A stretch of 47,594 nucleotides of DNA from Gammaproteobacteria bacterium (lineage in GTDB: Bacteria; Pseudomonadota; Gammaproteobacteria; JACCXJ01), in NCBI GenBank assembly GCA_013697045.1, contig JACCXJ010000253.1, forward strand, positions 1 through 47,594, given 5' to 3'. This document shows, one piece after another, positions 1 to 8,349 of this stretch. The notes beneath the pieces are model-generated. The model was not told the origin of the DNA. It searched no databases and was given only the letters and a program-made list of their open reading frames with translations. The translations under genes and the position numbers were made by a program. Position 1 is the stretch's first letter, and every line of letters starts with the position of its first letter.

Positions 1-269
1 TCCTGGTGCCCAGGCCCGACCAGGACGAAGATTGGAAAGCGGACCTGAACCCGTCTTCACTCGAACGCCTGACCGGATGTCGCATCGAGCCGTCGGTGCA
101 AGCCGCGCAGCCCGGCGATCGCTACCAATTCGAGCGTAACGGCTACTTCTGCGTAGACCTCGACGCCTCACCCTCGGGGTTGGTTTTCAACCGCACCGTT
201 TCCATGCGCGACACCTGGGCCAAAATGGAAAAGGCGATGGTCTCACACTCGAGCGCATCGTCCGCGTGA
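1..269 (+). CDS. glnS: Glutaminyl-tRNA synthetase, 3' end (partial)
   Basis: LNPSSL...YQFERNGYFCVD...LVFNRTVSMRDTW matches the GlnRS anticodon-binding C-terminus. Confidence 0.92.
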   Translation, partial: LVPRPDQDEDWKADLNPSSLERLTGCRIEPSVQAAQPGDRYQFERNGYFCVDLDASPSGLVFNRTVSMRDTWAKMEKAMVSHSSASSA

Positions 270-297
270 ACTATCCGTTCGTGAGACGAACCCGGGC

Positions 298-432
298 GCA
301 ACCCTGCTCGGACCCGTGCCGGCCCCCATGGAGCGACGCGCCGATCGCTACCGCTGGCACCTCCTCGTCCAGGCCCGCGAGCGGAACCGCCTGCAGACCT
401 TTCTACGCGCCTGGCTACCACAACTCGCCGCG
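298..432 (+). pseudogene. priA: priA C-terminal fragment
   Basis: Reads TLLGPVPAPMERRADRYRWHLLVQARERNRLQTFLRAWLPQL, typical of the PriA C-terminal domain; rest of the gene absent. Confidence 0.75.
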
Positions 433-557
433 CCTCTCGGTGCGCCCGCATCGGCGCCTTTCCAAGCGCCTACCGAAGCGCGAGAGGAGCGGGACACCAA
501 CCCCCGCGCGGACCGCCCAATCACCGCCCGCCCCTCCGACGAGATAGTACCCCTTGC

Positions 558-581
558 AAAAGGGCATTGAACCTCCTATAC
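558..581 (+). mobile_element. ISCR/IS91-family oriIS-like end
   Basis: AAAAGGGCATTGAACCTCCTATAC resembles the ISCR oriIS terminus and the minus-strand copies at 29451 and 43170. Confidence 0.55.
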
Positions 582-845
582 TCGACGGGGTGAGCGTGAG
601 TGGCCTCAAAGGCCTCTAATGGAGAAGGTAACCATAGTCGTTTGTGACTTACGAAAACCGAATGTCACGATACACTGTCTGGGGTGCAACCAGATAGCGA
701 AGCGTGTCGGAGAACATATAATACAGTCAGGGCAACTACGAGAATCATTGAACCGCGCAGCGTCAAAAAGCAATTGCCTATCAGTTCAGTAAACCAAACG
801 AACAATACAACATGAGCACCAAAAAAACACAAGGATCCAAACATC

Positions 846-2523
846 ATGGTCAAAAAGCAAACCGAGTCCGTCATCCCGAAGATCATCTACGCCAATGTCT
901 CGCCGCACTCGGTGGGCGGCGTGTCGATGTTTGAGGCGGGCAATCGCATCAACGCCGAGACCGCAGCCAATTTCGTCTCGGAGCACGAGGTCATCGTCCG
1001 CTCCGTGAACCGGCTGAGGGACGCGGGCTTTGAAATCCTCCAGGTGACGCCAATGACGATCAACATCGCGGGATCGCAGGCCACTTATGAGCGGGCTTTC
1101 AACACCAAGCTCGTCGCCGAGGAGCGGCCCGTAATCAAGCCAGGCGGGGTGCATGACACGGGGACCTTCATCGACTGCCCGGAGACGGAGATGTCCGGCC
1201 TGATCGCGACGGCGGGGAGCACGGTGGGCGATCTGATCGAGGGCGTGGCCATCGAGGAGCCGAGGTATCCTATGGCGACGTCGATGTTCGCCCCACACAA
1301 AGCCTACTGGCATCTCGACGTGCCGGCCGGCGTCTCGCTCGGCTGCAACGCCGACAAGGCGCACCGGTCGGGCATCACCGGCAAGGGGATCAAGGTCGCG
1401 ATGGTGGACAGCGGGTGGTCCAAGCATCCGTTCTTCGTCAACCGCGGCTACCGGGCGGCGCCCGTGGTGCTCGGGCCGGGCGCCGCGAATCCGCTGAAGG
1501 ACGAGAGCGGGCACGGCACGGGCGAATCGGCGAACATTTTCGCGTGCGCGCCGGACATCGAGCTGCTGCCGGTGAAGATTAACTTCGCCAACTCGCTCGG
1601 CGCGTTCAACACGGCGGTGGGCTGAACCCGCACATCATCACCTGCAGTTGGGGCAGCGACACGGGCACCAGCGCCGCGCTCAGCGCGGCGAACCAGGCGC
1701 TCGCGGCGGCAATCGCTGCGGCGGTCGCGGCGGGGATCACCGTCATTTTCTCCGCCGGCAACGGCCATGTGGGCTTCCCCGGCCAGCACCCGGATGTGAT
1801 TTCCGCCGGCGGTGTCTTTAATGAACGTGGATGAGAGTCTGCGGGCGTCGGACTACGCGAGCGGCTTCAACAGCGTCATCTATGCAAACCGCCGCGTGCC
1901 CGATTTGTCGGGCCTCGTGGGGATGAAGCCGGGCGCAAATTACATCATGCTGCCCCTCGAGCCCGGGGATGATATCGACGTGTCAAAGGCGGGCGGCGTC
2001 TTCCCGAACGGGGACGAGACGGCGAACAACGACGGATGGGCGGCGTTCAGCGGCACCTCCGCCGCCGCGCCGCAGTTCGCGGGCGTGGCCGCGCTCATCA
2101 AGCAGGCGTGCGCGAAACTCACGCCCAAGGAAATCAAGGCGATCATGATGAAAGACCGCGCGCGACGTGACGACCGGCAAGTGCAACGGCACGGCACTGA
2201 CGCCCGGCGGCGTGACATCCATCGTCGGCCCGGATGCCTCGACCGGCAATGGGCTCGTCGATGCGCACAAGGCGGTGCTTTCCGCGAAGGTGCAATGCCT
2301 CGGGCCAATCCAGCCCATCACCGTGCAGCCCATCCGGCCAATCCAGCCCATCACCGTGCAGCCCATCCAGCCGATCAAACCCATCTCGCCCGTCGTCCTC
2401 CCGCCGCCGACCGCGATGGCCGGGGACGCCGCGCCGGAGCAGGGCCAGGCGACTTTGTCGGAGGAAGATGTCGCCGCGTTGCAGGACTTGATTGCCAACT
2501 CGGACTTCGACCCAGGCAAGTAG
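846..2523 (+). CDS. S8 subtilisin-like serine peptidase with pro-domain and Pro/Ile/Gln-repeat C-terminal tail; three apparent frameshifts (~1620, ~1818, ~2153)
   Basis: Catalytic motifs across frames: VAMVDSG (Asp), HGT (His), FSAGNG (oxyanion Asn), GTSAAAP (Ser), then TARDV...TGNGLVDAHKAV; no signal peptide; start could be ATG 812 if there is another indel. Confidence 0.88.
2304..2369 (+). repeat. 33-bp coding tandem repeat x2 (PIQPITVQPIR/Q)
   Basis: gccaatccagcccatcaccgtgcagcccatcc(g/a) at 2304-2336 and 2337-2369, followed by degenerate PIK/PIS units. Confidence 0.95.
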
Positions 2524-2598
2524 CCCGGCGCCATCCGGCCGCCGCGGCCCTGCAGGGGGCCGCGGTGCGCCGTGAGCGTTGGGACCTCGCACGAAGCG

Positions 2599-4507
2599 AT
2601 GAAAAGAATCCTCCTCCTCAGCATGCCCTTCGGGGCGATGGAGCGCCCGGCGCTCGGGCTGAGCCTGCTCAAAGCGCGGCTCACGTGGGACGGTATCGCG
2701 TGCGATGTGCGCTATCCGTCGTTCACGTTCGCGGATTTGCTCGGCGCGGAGGAATACCAATGGATTTCCTCCGCGCTGCCCTACATCGCCTTCGCGGGCG
2801 ACTGGTGCTTTACGGAGTCGCTCCACGGCCCGCGCCCGGCGGCGGACGCGGGATATCTTGCCGAGGTGCTGCAAAAGACGTGGCGGCTCGGCGCGGAGGA
2901 CATCGCGCGGGTGAAAGCCGTGCGGGCGATGGCGGGAGAATTCCTCGACCACTGCATGGCGTGCATCCCGTGGGAGGATTACGCGGTCGTGGGCTTCACC
3001 TCGACCTTCGAGCAAAACATCGCGTCGCTCGCGCTGGCGAAGCGCATCAAGACGGCACACCCGTGCATCGCCATCGTGTTCGGCGGCGCGAACTGGGAGG
3101 GCGAGATGGGCGAAGAGCTGCACCGGCAGTTCAGCTTTGTGGATTACGCGTGCCCCGGCGAGGCGGATGAAAGTTTCCCCGCGCTCGCCGCGCTGCTGCT
3201 CGAGGGCGCCGCGAAGGGCGTGGTGCTGCCGCCGGGTATCGTTTTTCGCGACGGTGGGCGCACGCTTTCCACCGGGCGCGCGGTACCGGTGCGGAACATG
3301 GACGCGCTGCCCGTGCCGGATTTTTCGGATTACTTCCGCGAGTGGTCGGAGAGCGGCGGGTCGCTCGTGGCCGTGCCGACGGTGCTGATCGAGACATCGC
3401 GTGGATGCTGGTGGGGCGACAAGTCGCACTGCACGTTCTGCGGGCTGAACGGGGCGACGCTCGCATATCGCAGCAAGAGCGGCGCGCGCGCTGGAGGAAA
3501 TGCGGTATTTGTCGGATCGCTGGCAGACGGATCGCATCGAGGTGGTCGATAACATTCTGGACATGCGTTATTTCTCCGACCTCCTGCCCGCGCTGGCGGA
3601 GGACGGGAGGCCGTGGGAAATTTTCTACGAGGTGAAGGCGAATCTCACCCGCGCGCAGGTCGCGGCGCTGCGGGCCGCTGGCGTGGCGCACATCCAGCCG
3701 GGCATCGAAAGCCTGAGCGATCATGTGCTCAAGCTGATGCGGAAGGGGACTTGCGGGCTGCGCAACGTGCAACTGCTCAAGTGGTGCCGGGAGCACGGCA
3801 TCGGCGTCGATTGGAACATCCTCTACGGCTTCCCCGGCGAGACGCGCGAGGACTACGAGGAGATGCTCGCGATGCTTCCCGCCATCGAGTTCCTCGACCC
3901 GCCCGTCGCCTGCGGGCCGCTCCGGATGGATCGCTTCAGCCCGTATTTCGAGAAGCCGGAGGAGTTCGGGCTGATCAATGTCCGGCCCATGAAGCCCTAC
4001 GCGTTTTTGTATCCCTTCCCGCGCGAGAGCCTGATGCGCATCGCCTATCATTTCGATTTCGACTACCGCCCCGGCGAGGCGCCCGCCGGGCACGCGGACG
4101 ACGTGATCCGTTTCACGGAGGCGTGGCGGCAAAAGGAGGAGCGGGGGCTGCTCTGCTCGGTGCGGCGGCCTAATGGTGCGCTGCTGCTGCGCGACACCCG
4201 GCCCGGCGCGACGATGCGCGAGGTCGAGCTGTCCGGCGGCGAGGCGGCGGCGTACGAGTTTTGCGATGAGTTCCGCCCGTTTGCGGGAATCGTGCGGCGT
4301 CTGCGCGAGTGGTCGCCCGGCGCGGAAATCACCGAGGAGGGCGTGCGCGGCTTTCTCGAATCGCTCGCGGCAAACAGGCTCATGCTCACGGACGGGCGCA
4401 ACTGGTTGAGCCTCGCCGTGCGAGTCCGCGAAGTGCCACGCGCCAATGCGCCGGATGGCAAGCAAGCCCGCCCGTGGGTCACGACGAGGGAGGCCGTCCT
4501 CGTGTGA
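2599..4507 (+). CDS. B12-binding radical SAM RiPP-maturation C-methyltransferase (rSAM_ocin_1-like); frameshift ~3490
   Basis: N-terminal SMPF...PALGLSLLKA and GFTSTFEQN...GGAN cobalamin domain; RGCWWGDKSHCTFCGLNG cluster motif; IQPGIES, WNILYGFPGE, DRFSPYF; C-terminal PqqD/RRE-like segment. Confidence 0.9.
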
Positions 4508-4529
4508 CCGCCCCCGTTTTCAACCTCCG

Positions 4530-4922
4530 ATGAACTCCGAAAAAATCGTCTCGGCCCAAGTCGTCCTCACCGCCGCCGGTGGCGCGCGCCCCGGCCCGCA
4601 AACGCGCATCACGTCGGAGAACATCCGCGAGTGGGCGCCGTCCGCCGAGACCATCGTGCGCGTCTCCGGCGAGCTCCGCGGCATGGGTTTCACCGTCGGC
4701 GAATGCGTCGGGAACAGCATCTCGATCACCGGCGCCGCGCGGCTTTTCGAGTCGTGCTTCCGCACGAAGCTACGCGAAACCGGCGGCGGCGTGCAGTTCG
4801 CGGGCGATGGCTGTGAGCTGGCGGCGGAGAAAATCCCCTCCGCGCTCCAGGCGCAAATCTCCGCCGTCACGTTCACGCCACCGCCCGACTTCGGGCCGGG
4901 CGCCACTTCGAGCTTCGCGTGA
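4530..4922 (+). CDS. Stand-alone peptidase pro-domain-like protein
   Basis: Aligns by eye with the N-terminus of the S8 peptidase at 846 (GG...RI..E......E.IVR....LR..GF........I.I.G....E..F.TKL). Confidence 0.7.
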   Translation: MNSEKIVSAQVVLTAAGGARPGPQTRITSENIREWAPSAETIVRVSGELRGMGFTVGECVGNSISITGAARLFESCFRTKLRETGGGVQFAGDGCELAAEKIPSALQAQISAVTFTPPPDFGPGATSSFA

Positions 4923-4928
4923 TTTTCC

Positions 4929-5596
4929 ATGCACGGCCCACGCGCGACGACCGTCCGCCCGCGGCCCGTACCCCGCGCCATCCGCGACTCAGCGCTGATG
5001 AAAGAGGGAGGCTGCGCGATCTATGATCACCTCCCCGGCGCCGCCGCGTGCGCACGCCTCCTCGCGGAATCCCGCCTTTGCCTCCCCGGCGCCGTCGCCA
5101 GCACCGTCGCCACGTCCGACGACGAAGAACTGCGCGGCGGAAACCCCGCGCGCCGATTCATCAGCGCGGGCGGCGGCGAGGAGCAGGCCGCGTTTTACCG
5201 CGACTCGGAGACGGCGCGCTTCCTCGCCCGCATCTGCTGCGCTCCCGTGCGCCCGACCGGCGAAAGCGGCACCTACACCTACTACGCCCGCGCCGGCGAC
5301 CACCTCGCCCTTCATCGCGACATCGACACATGCGACGTTGCCGTCGTCACCTGCGTGCTCGACCGCCATCACGAGGGCAGCGCCGGCGTCCTCACGCGCT
5401 TTTACCCCGCCCGCCAGGCACGAGCCGCTCTCCCGTATCCGCGCCACGCCCGGCCACGGCGCCGTGAGCGTCCGCCTCCCCGTCGGGCATACGATGGTGA
5501 TGTTCGGTGGCCCTTGTCCCGCACCTCATCGAGCCGCTCGCCCCCGGCGAACTCCGCATCGTCTCGATCCTCTGCTTCCGCGTCTGCGCCGGCTGA
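4929..5596 (+). CDS. 2OG-Fe(II) oxygenase-like protein; frameshifts ~5415 and ~5512
   Basis: YTYY...LHRD (HxD); after reframing, VPHLIEPL (distal His) and LRIVS (Arg in 2OG-binding position). Confidence 0.65.
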
Positions 5597-5685
5597 AAAT
5601 CTGGACGGCGATCAGGGGCTCTACGGCACCGACTTTCGGGCCGGCGAGCGCCTGGCCCAGCAACTCGTACAGGTCGCGGGCCGCA
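5597..5685 (+). pseudogene. priA: priA internal fragment (helicase motif VI region)
   Basis: LDGDQGLYGTDFRAGERLAQQLVQVAGR matches PriA D..L...DFRA.ER..Q...QVAGRAGR. Confidence 0.8.
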
Positions 5686-5753
5686 CGCGCCGAAGGCCGC
5701 GACATCCGCGGCCCCGAGGCCTTTCTTCAGGAAGCCCGTAGCCCGCGTAGCCC

Positions 5754-5837
5754 GCAGGATGGGTAGAGCGGAGCGAAACCCATCGGTGGATAAAGGGGTC
5801 AGATAAAGGGGTCAGAGCCGATAAAGGGGTCAGAGCC
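5754..5837. repeat. REP-like palindrome plus three GATAAAGGGGTCAGA units
   Basis: GCAGGATGGGTAGAGCGGAGCGAAACCCATC (GATGGG...CCCATC stem) followed by three short direct repeats. Confidence 0.65.
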
Positions 5838-6027
5838 CTTTACTGAATAATTCTCGGGGTCTTTTTCGGCCTTCCTCGTCGGGCGTAGCCGACGTTGCGC
5901 CCCACCATTAGCGCATCGCGGATCGAGCAAGTGACCAGCCGGTCGATGCCGATCCCCTCTGCACCAGGGTGGCGTGCCGTGCTTTAAAGAAGCGGTAGAC
6001 CGGGCACACCCGGTCCCCTCGACCGCG

Positions 6028-6660
6028 TCATGCGGCGAAGGAATCTACCGTATACCGCCAGACCCGGAGGTCCAGCCATCCGTCGGCGGGCGGGACGCCG
6101 GCCTTGTGCCGCAGCTCGCGCAGGAACGCGGCCGGGTCCGGGAGGGTGTCCCAGACCGCCGGTAGAAAGGTCGCGCGCCGCTCCCCGTGCTCAATGACGA
6201 TGCCATCGACGCCCGGGCGGAGCTTTGCACAGAGGTCCCGTTCCGATGCGAAGGCGATGACCGTGGTGGCGGACAGGACGGCGATGTGGACGGCGAGCTC
6301 GGGAAGCTCTTCGGCACGAACGGCCTCGAAGCGCGGGTCCTCGAAGGCGGCGGCATAGGCGTTGGACGCCACGTCCTCGACTAGCGGGCGGCAGGCTTCG
6401 ATGCTCCCGACGCAACCCCGGAGCGTGTCGCCGCGGTGCAGGGTGACGAAGGCGCTCTGGTGCGCCAGGAGGCGGGGCGGAAACGCCCGGCCCGTGAGAT
6501 CCACGGAGCGATGGTGCGCGAGCCCGTGACGGATGGACGCCCAGGCGATCTCGGCCAGCCGGCGGCGCAGCGGCGCGGAGATGGCCCGAGACCCAGTGGC
6601 ATGAGGTCCAGTGACGTGACGTCTCGTGCCGTGATCTCTAGTGGATCGCATAGGCCCCAT
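6028..6660 (-). CDS. amrA: AmmeMemoRadiSam system protein A (AMMECR1 domain)
   Basis: AFVTL...LRGCVGS, AAFEDPRF, RATFLPAVW; start uncertain. Confidence 0.92.
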   Translation of the reverse strand: MGPMRSTRDHGTRRHVTGPHATGSRAISAPLRRRLAEIAWASIRHGLAHHRSVDLTGRAFPPRLLAHQSAFVTLHRGDTLRGCVGSIEACRPLVEDVASNAYAAAFEDPRFEAVRAEELPELAVHIAVLSATTVIAFASERDLCAKLRPGVDGIVIEHGERRATFLPAVWDTLPDPAAFLRELRHKAGVPPADGWLDLRVWRYTVDSFAA

Positions 6661-7432
6661 AACCGACGACCTGGTGCCGGGGTCCGGCTGTATCGCCGGA
6701 GTTGCGCAGGTCCAGGGTCGTCACCGTGAGCAGCATGCGCCGCGCGTAGTGCAGGAGGCCGTTGATGGGCGCCGAGCCGCAGGCCTGATCCGGCGCGAGG
6801 TCCGTGCGTTTCGCTTCGATGGCGAGCGTCGTCTCCCGGTCGCGCCGGGTCGCGCTCTCGTAGTCCAGGTAATGGCTCAGATCGGAGCTGACCACCACCA
6901 GGGTCTCGGGGCCCCCGGAGAGCCTATCGATGACCTCGCCGACCTCTTCGGGACCGGCATCTCCCACGACCAGAGGCACGATCGTGAAGTGCTCCAGGAC
7001 CACCTGCAGGAACGGCAGATGGACCTCGATGCTGTGTTCGGCAAGATGCGCCCGGTCGTTGGGCCTGACATCGGAGAGCGCCGACAGCCGGGCCGCCTCA
7101 TCGAGCGGTACGTCCCCGAGCGGCGTCCGGAAGGCCTCCGCGGTGGACCGCGCCACGCCCTTGAGGTAGACGCGATGCGAGGGACCCAAGAGCACCACCC
7201 GGCGCACGCTGGTCCGGGCGGGGACGAGACACGAGTAGGCGCTGGCCGCCACGGGGCCGGAGTAGACATAGCCGGCGTGGGGCGCGATGACGGCCCTGGG
7301 CGGTCTATCGGGCAGCGGTACATTGGGCAGCGGCGCGGCCGCGGCCAGATAGTCGCACACGCACGCACGCAGTTCCTCGGGGTCATCCGGGTAGAAATGC
7401 CCGGCCACCGCCGCCAAGCGTACATTCGACAT
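6638..7432 (-). CDS. amrB: AmmeMemoRadiSam system protein B (MEMO1 family)
   Basis: AVAGHFYP, PHAGYVYSG, EHSIEVHLPFLQ, SSDLSHY, NSGD...VVGY. Confidence 0.93.
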   Translation of the reverse strand: MSNVRLAAVAGHFYPDDPEELRACVCDYLAAAAPLPNVPLPDRPPRAVIAPHAGYVYSGPVAASAYSCLVPARTSVRRVVLLGPSHRVYLKGVARSTAEAFRTPLGDVPLDEAARLSALSDVRPNDRAHLAEHSIEVHLPFLQVVLEHFTIVPLVVGDAGPEEVGEVIDRLSGGPETLVVVSSDLSHYLDYESATRRDRETTLAIEAKRTDLAPDQACGSAPINGLLHYARRMLLTVTTLDLRNSGDTAGPRHQVVGYGAYAIH

Positions 7433-7554
7433 GACAGAACCCTCCCATCCAGTCGATCCAGCCCAGTATAGCCCCGCCACCGCGGCACGGCCCGCGCCAT
7501 CCGCCTGTCCCGGTAGCCGCGCTGCCCCCGGGAGGTACTCCAGGTGCGAGTGAC

Positions 7555-7584
7555 TTGAAACCCGGCACCACTTTTCCCTATAAT
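7555..7584 (+). promoter_or_regulatory. Sigma70-type promoter for the tRNA-rimP-nusA operon
   Basis: TTGAAA-18 nt-TATAAT, 14 nt upstream of the tRNA. Confidence 0.7.
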
Positions 7585-7598
7585 TGATCTCCGACCAT

Positions 7599-7675
7599 TG
7601 CGGGGTGGAGCAGTCTGGCAGCTCGTCGGGCTCATAACCCGAAGGTCGCAGGTTCAAATCCTGCCCCCGCTACCA
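7599..7675 (+). tRNA. metY: tRNA-fMet (CAT), initiator
   Basis: Cloverleaf with GGG-CCC anticodon stem, CAT anticodon, GTTCAAATC T-loop, encoded CCA, unpaired 1:72; canonical position before rimP. Confidence 0.97.
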
Positions 7676-7683
7676 GGAAGTTG

Positions 7684-7707
7684 AAAGCCCCGTCGTCGGG
7701 GCTTTTT
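7684..7707 (+). terminator. Intrinsic terminator/attenuator after the tRNA
   Basis: AAAGCCCCG-TCGT-CGGGGCTTTTT. Confidence 0.75.
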
Positions 7708-7851
7708 GCTTTCGATTGGGTTGGAGGGCGATGGACTCGATTGCCCCGCTTCGCGCTGGCGGGGGGCGTGTGGGTGCGGGACGGATGACGACGGTACCCA
7801 GCCCGGCGACCGGGTGAGATGCTCGGAGCCGAGTAGGACAGAGGGTGAGCG

Positions 7852-8349
7852 ATGGGTCAACGAGGGGCACTGGAACGATTGTTCGAGCCCGCGGTGCGGG
7901 CACTGGGTTATGAGCTCGTCGGTGTGGAGCACATCGTCGGCAAGACGCGGTCACTGGTGCGGGTTTATATCGACAGCGAGACGGGTATCACATTGCACGA
8001 TTGTGAGCGGGTGAGCCGGCAACTCGGCGGGATCCTGGATGTCGAGGATCCGCTGCGGGGCGCCTATACCCTGGAGGTATCGTCGCCGGGGCTCGACCGA
8101 CCCTTGTACTGCTTGGAGCACTACGCGCGGTTCATGGGCCAGAGGGTACGCATGGAATTGAAACAGCCGATGGCCGGCCGCCGGCGCTTCGTGGGGCTCG
8201 TCGCGGCCGTGGAGGGAGACGGCGTGCGTATCACCGAGGACGGTCGCGACTATGCGATCCCGTTTGTCATGATCCACAGGGCCCGGCTGGTGCCCGAGGT
8301 GCCGTTTTGTACGAGATTAATTGGTAGGCAGCGCGGACGGATGGTATGA
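7852..8349 (+). CDS. rimP: Ribosome maturation factor RimP
   Basis: [14 protein letters not shown]; synteny. Confidence 0.96.
   Translation: MGQRGALERLFEPAVRALGYELVGVEHIVGKTRSLVRVYIDSETGITLHDCERVSRQLGGILDVEDPLRGAYTLEVSSPGLDRPLYCLEHYARFMGQRVRMELKQPMAGRRRFVGLVAAVEGDGVRITEDGRDYAIPFVMIHRARLVPEVPFCTRLIGRQRGRMV

Noticed and set aside
812-934. Short ORF MSTKKTQGSKHHGQ... as a separate RiPP precursor
   Set aside because: Overlaps the peptidase start out of frame and has no precursor features; more likely the true N-terminus displaced by an indel, or noise.
1812-3170. 452-aa ORF as a single protein
   Set aside because: Only the first ~113 aa are peptidase; the rest is off-frame read-through over the tail and the rSAM gene.
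1615-3495. Programmed ribosomal frameshifting in the peptidase or rSAM
   Set aside because: Too many sites and no consistent slippery heptamer; sequencing error or decay is simpler.
5789-5837. Short direct repeats as a CRISPR array
   Set aside because: Units are about 14 bp with no spacers, and there are no cas genes.
7599-7675. tRNA as an island integration site
   Set aside because: No duplicated tRNA 3' end seen, and it sits in its normal operon context.
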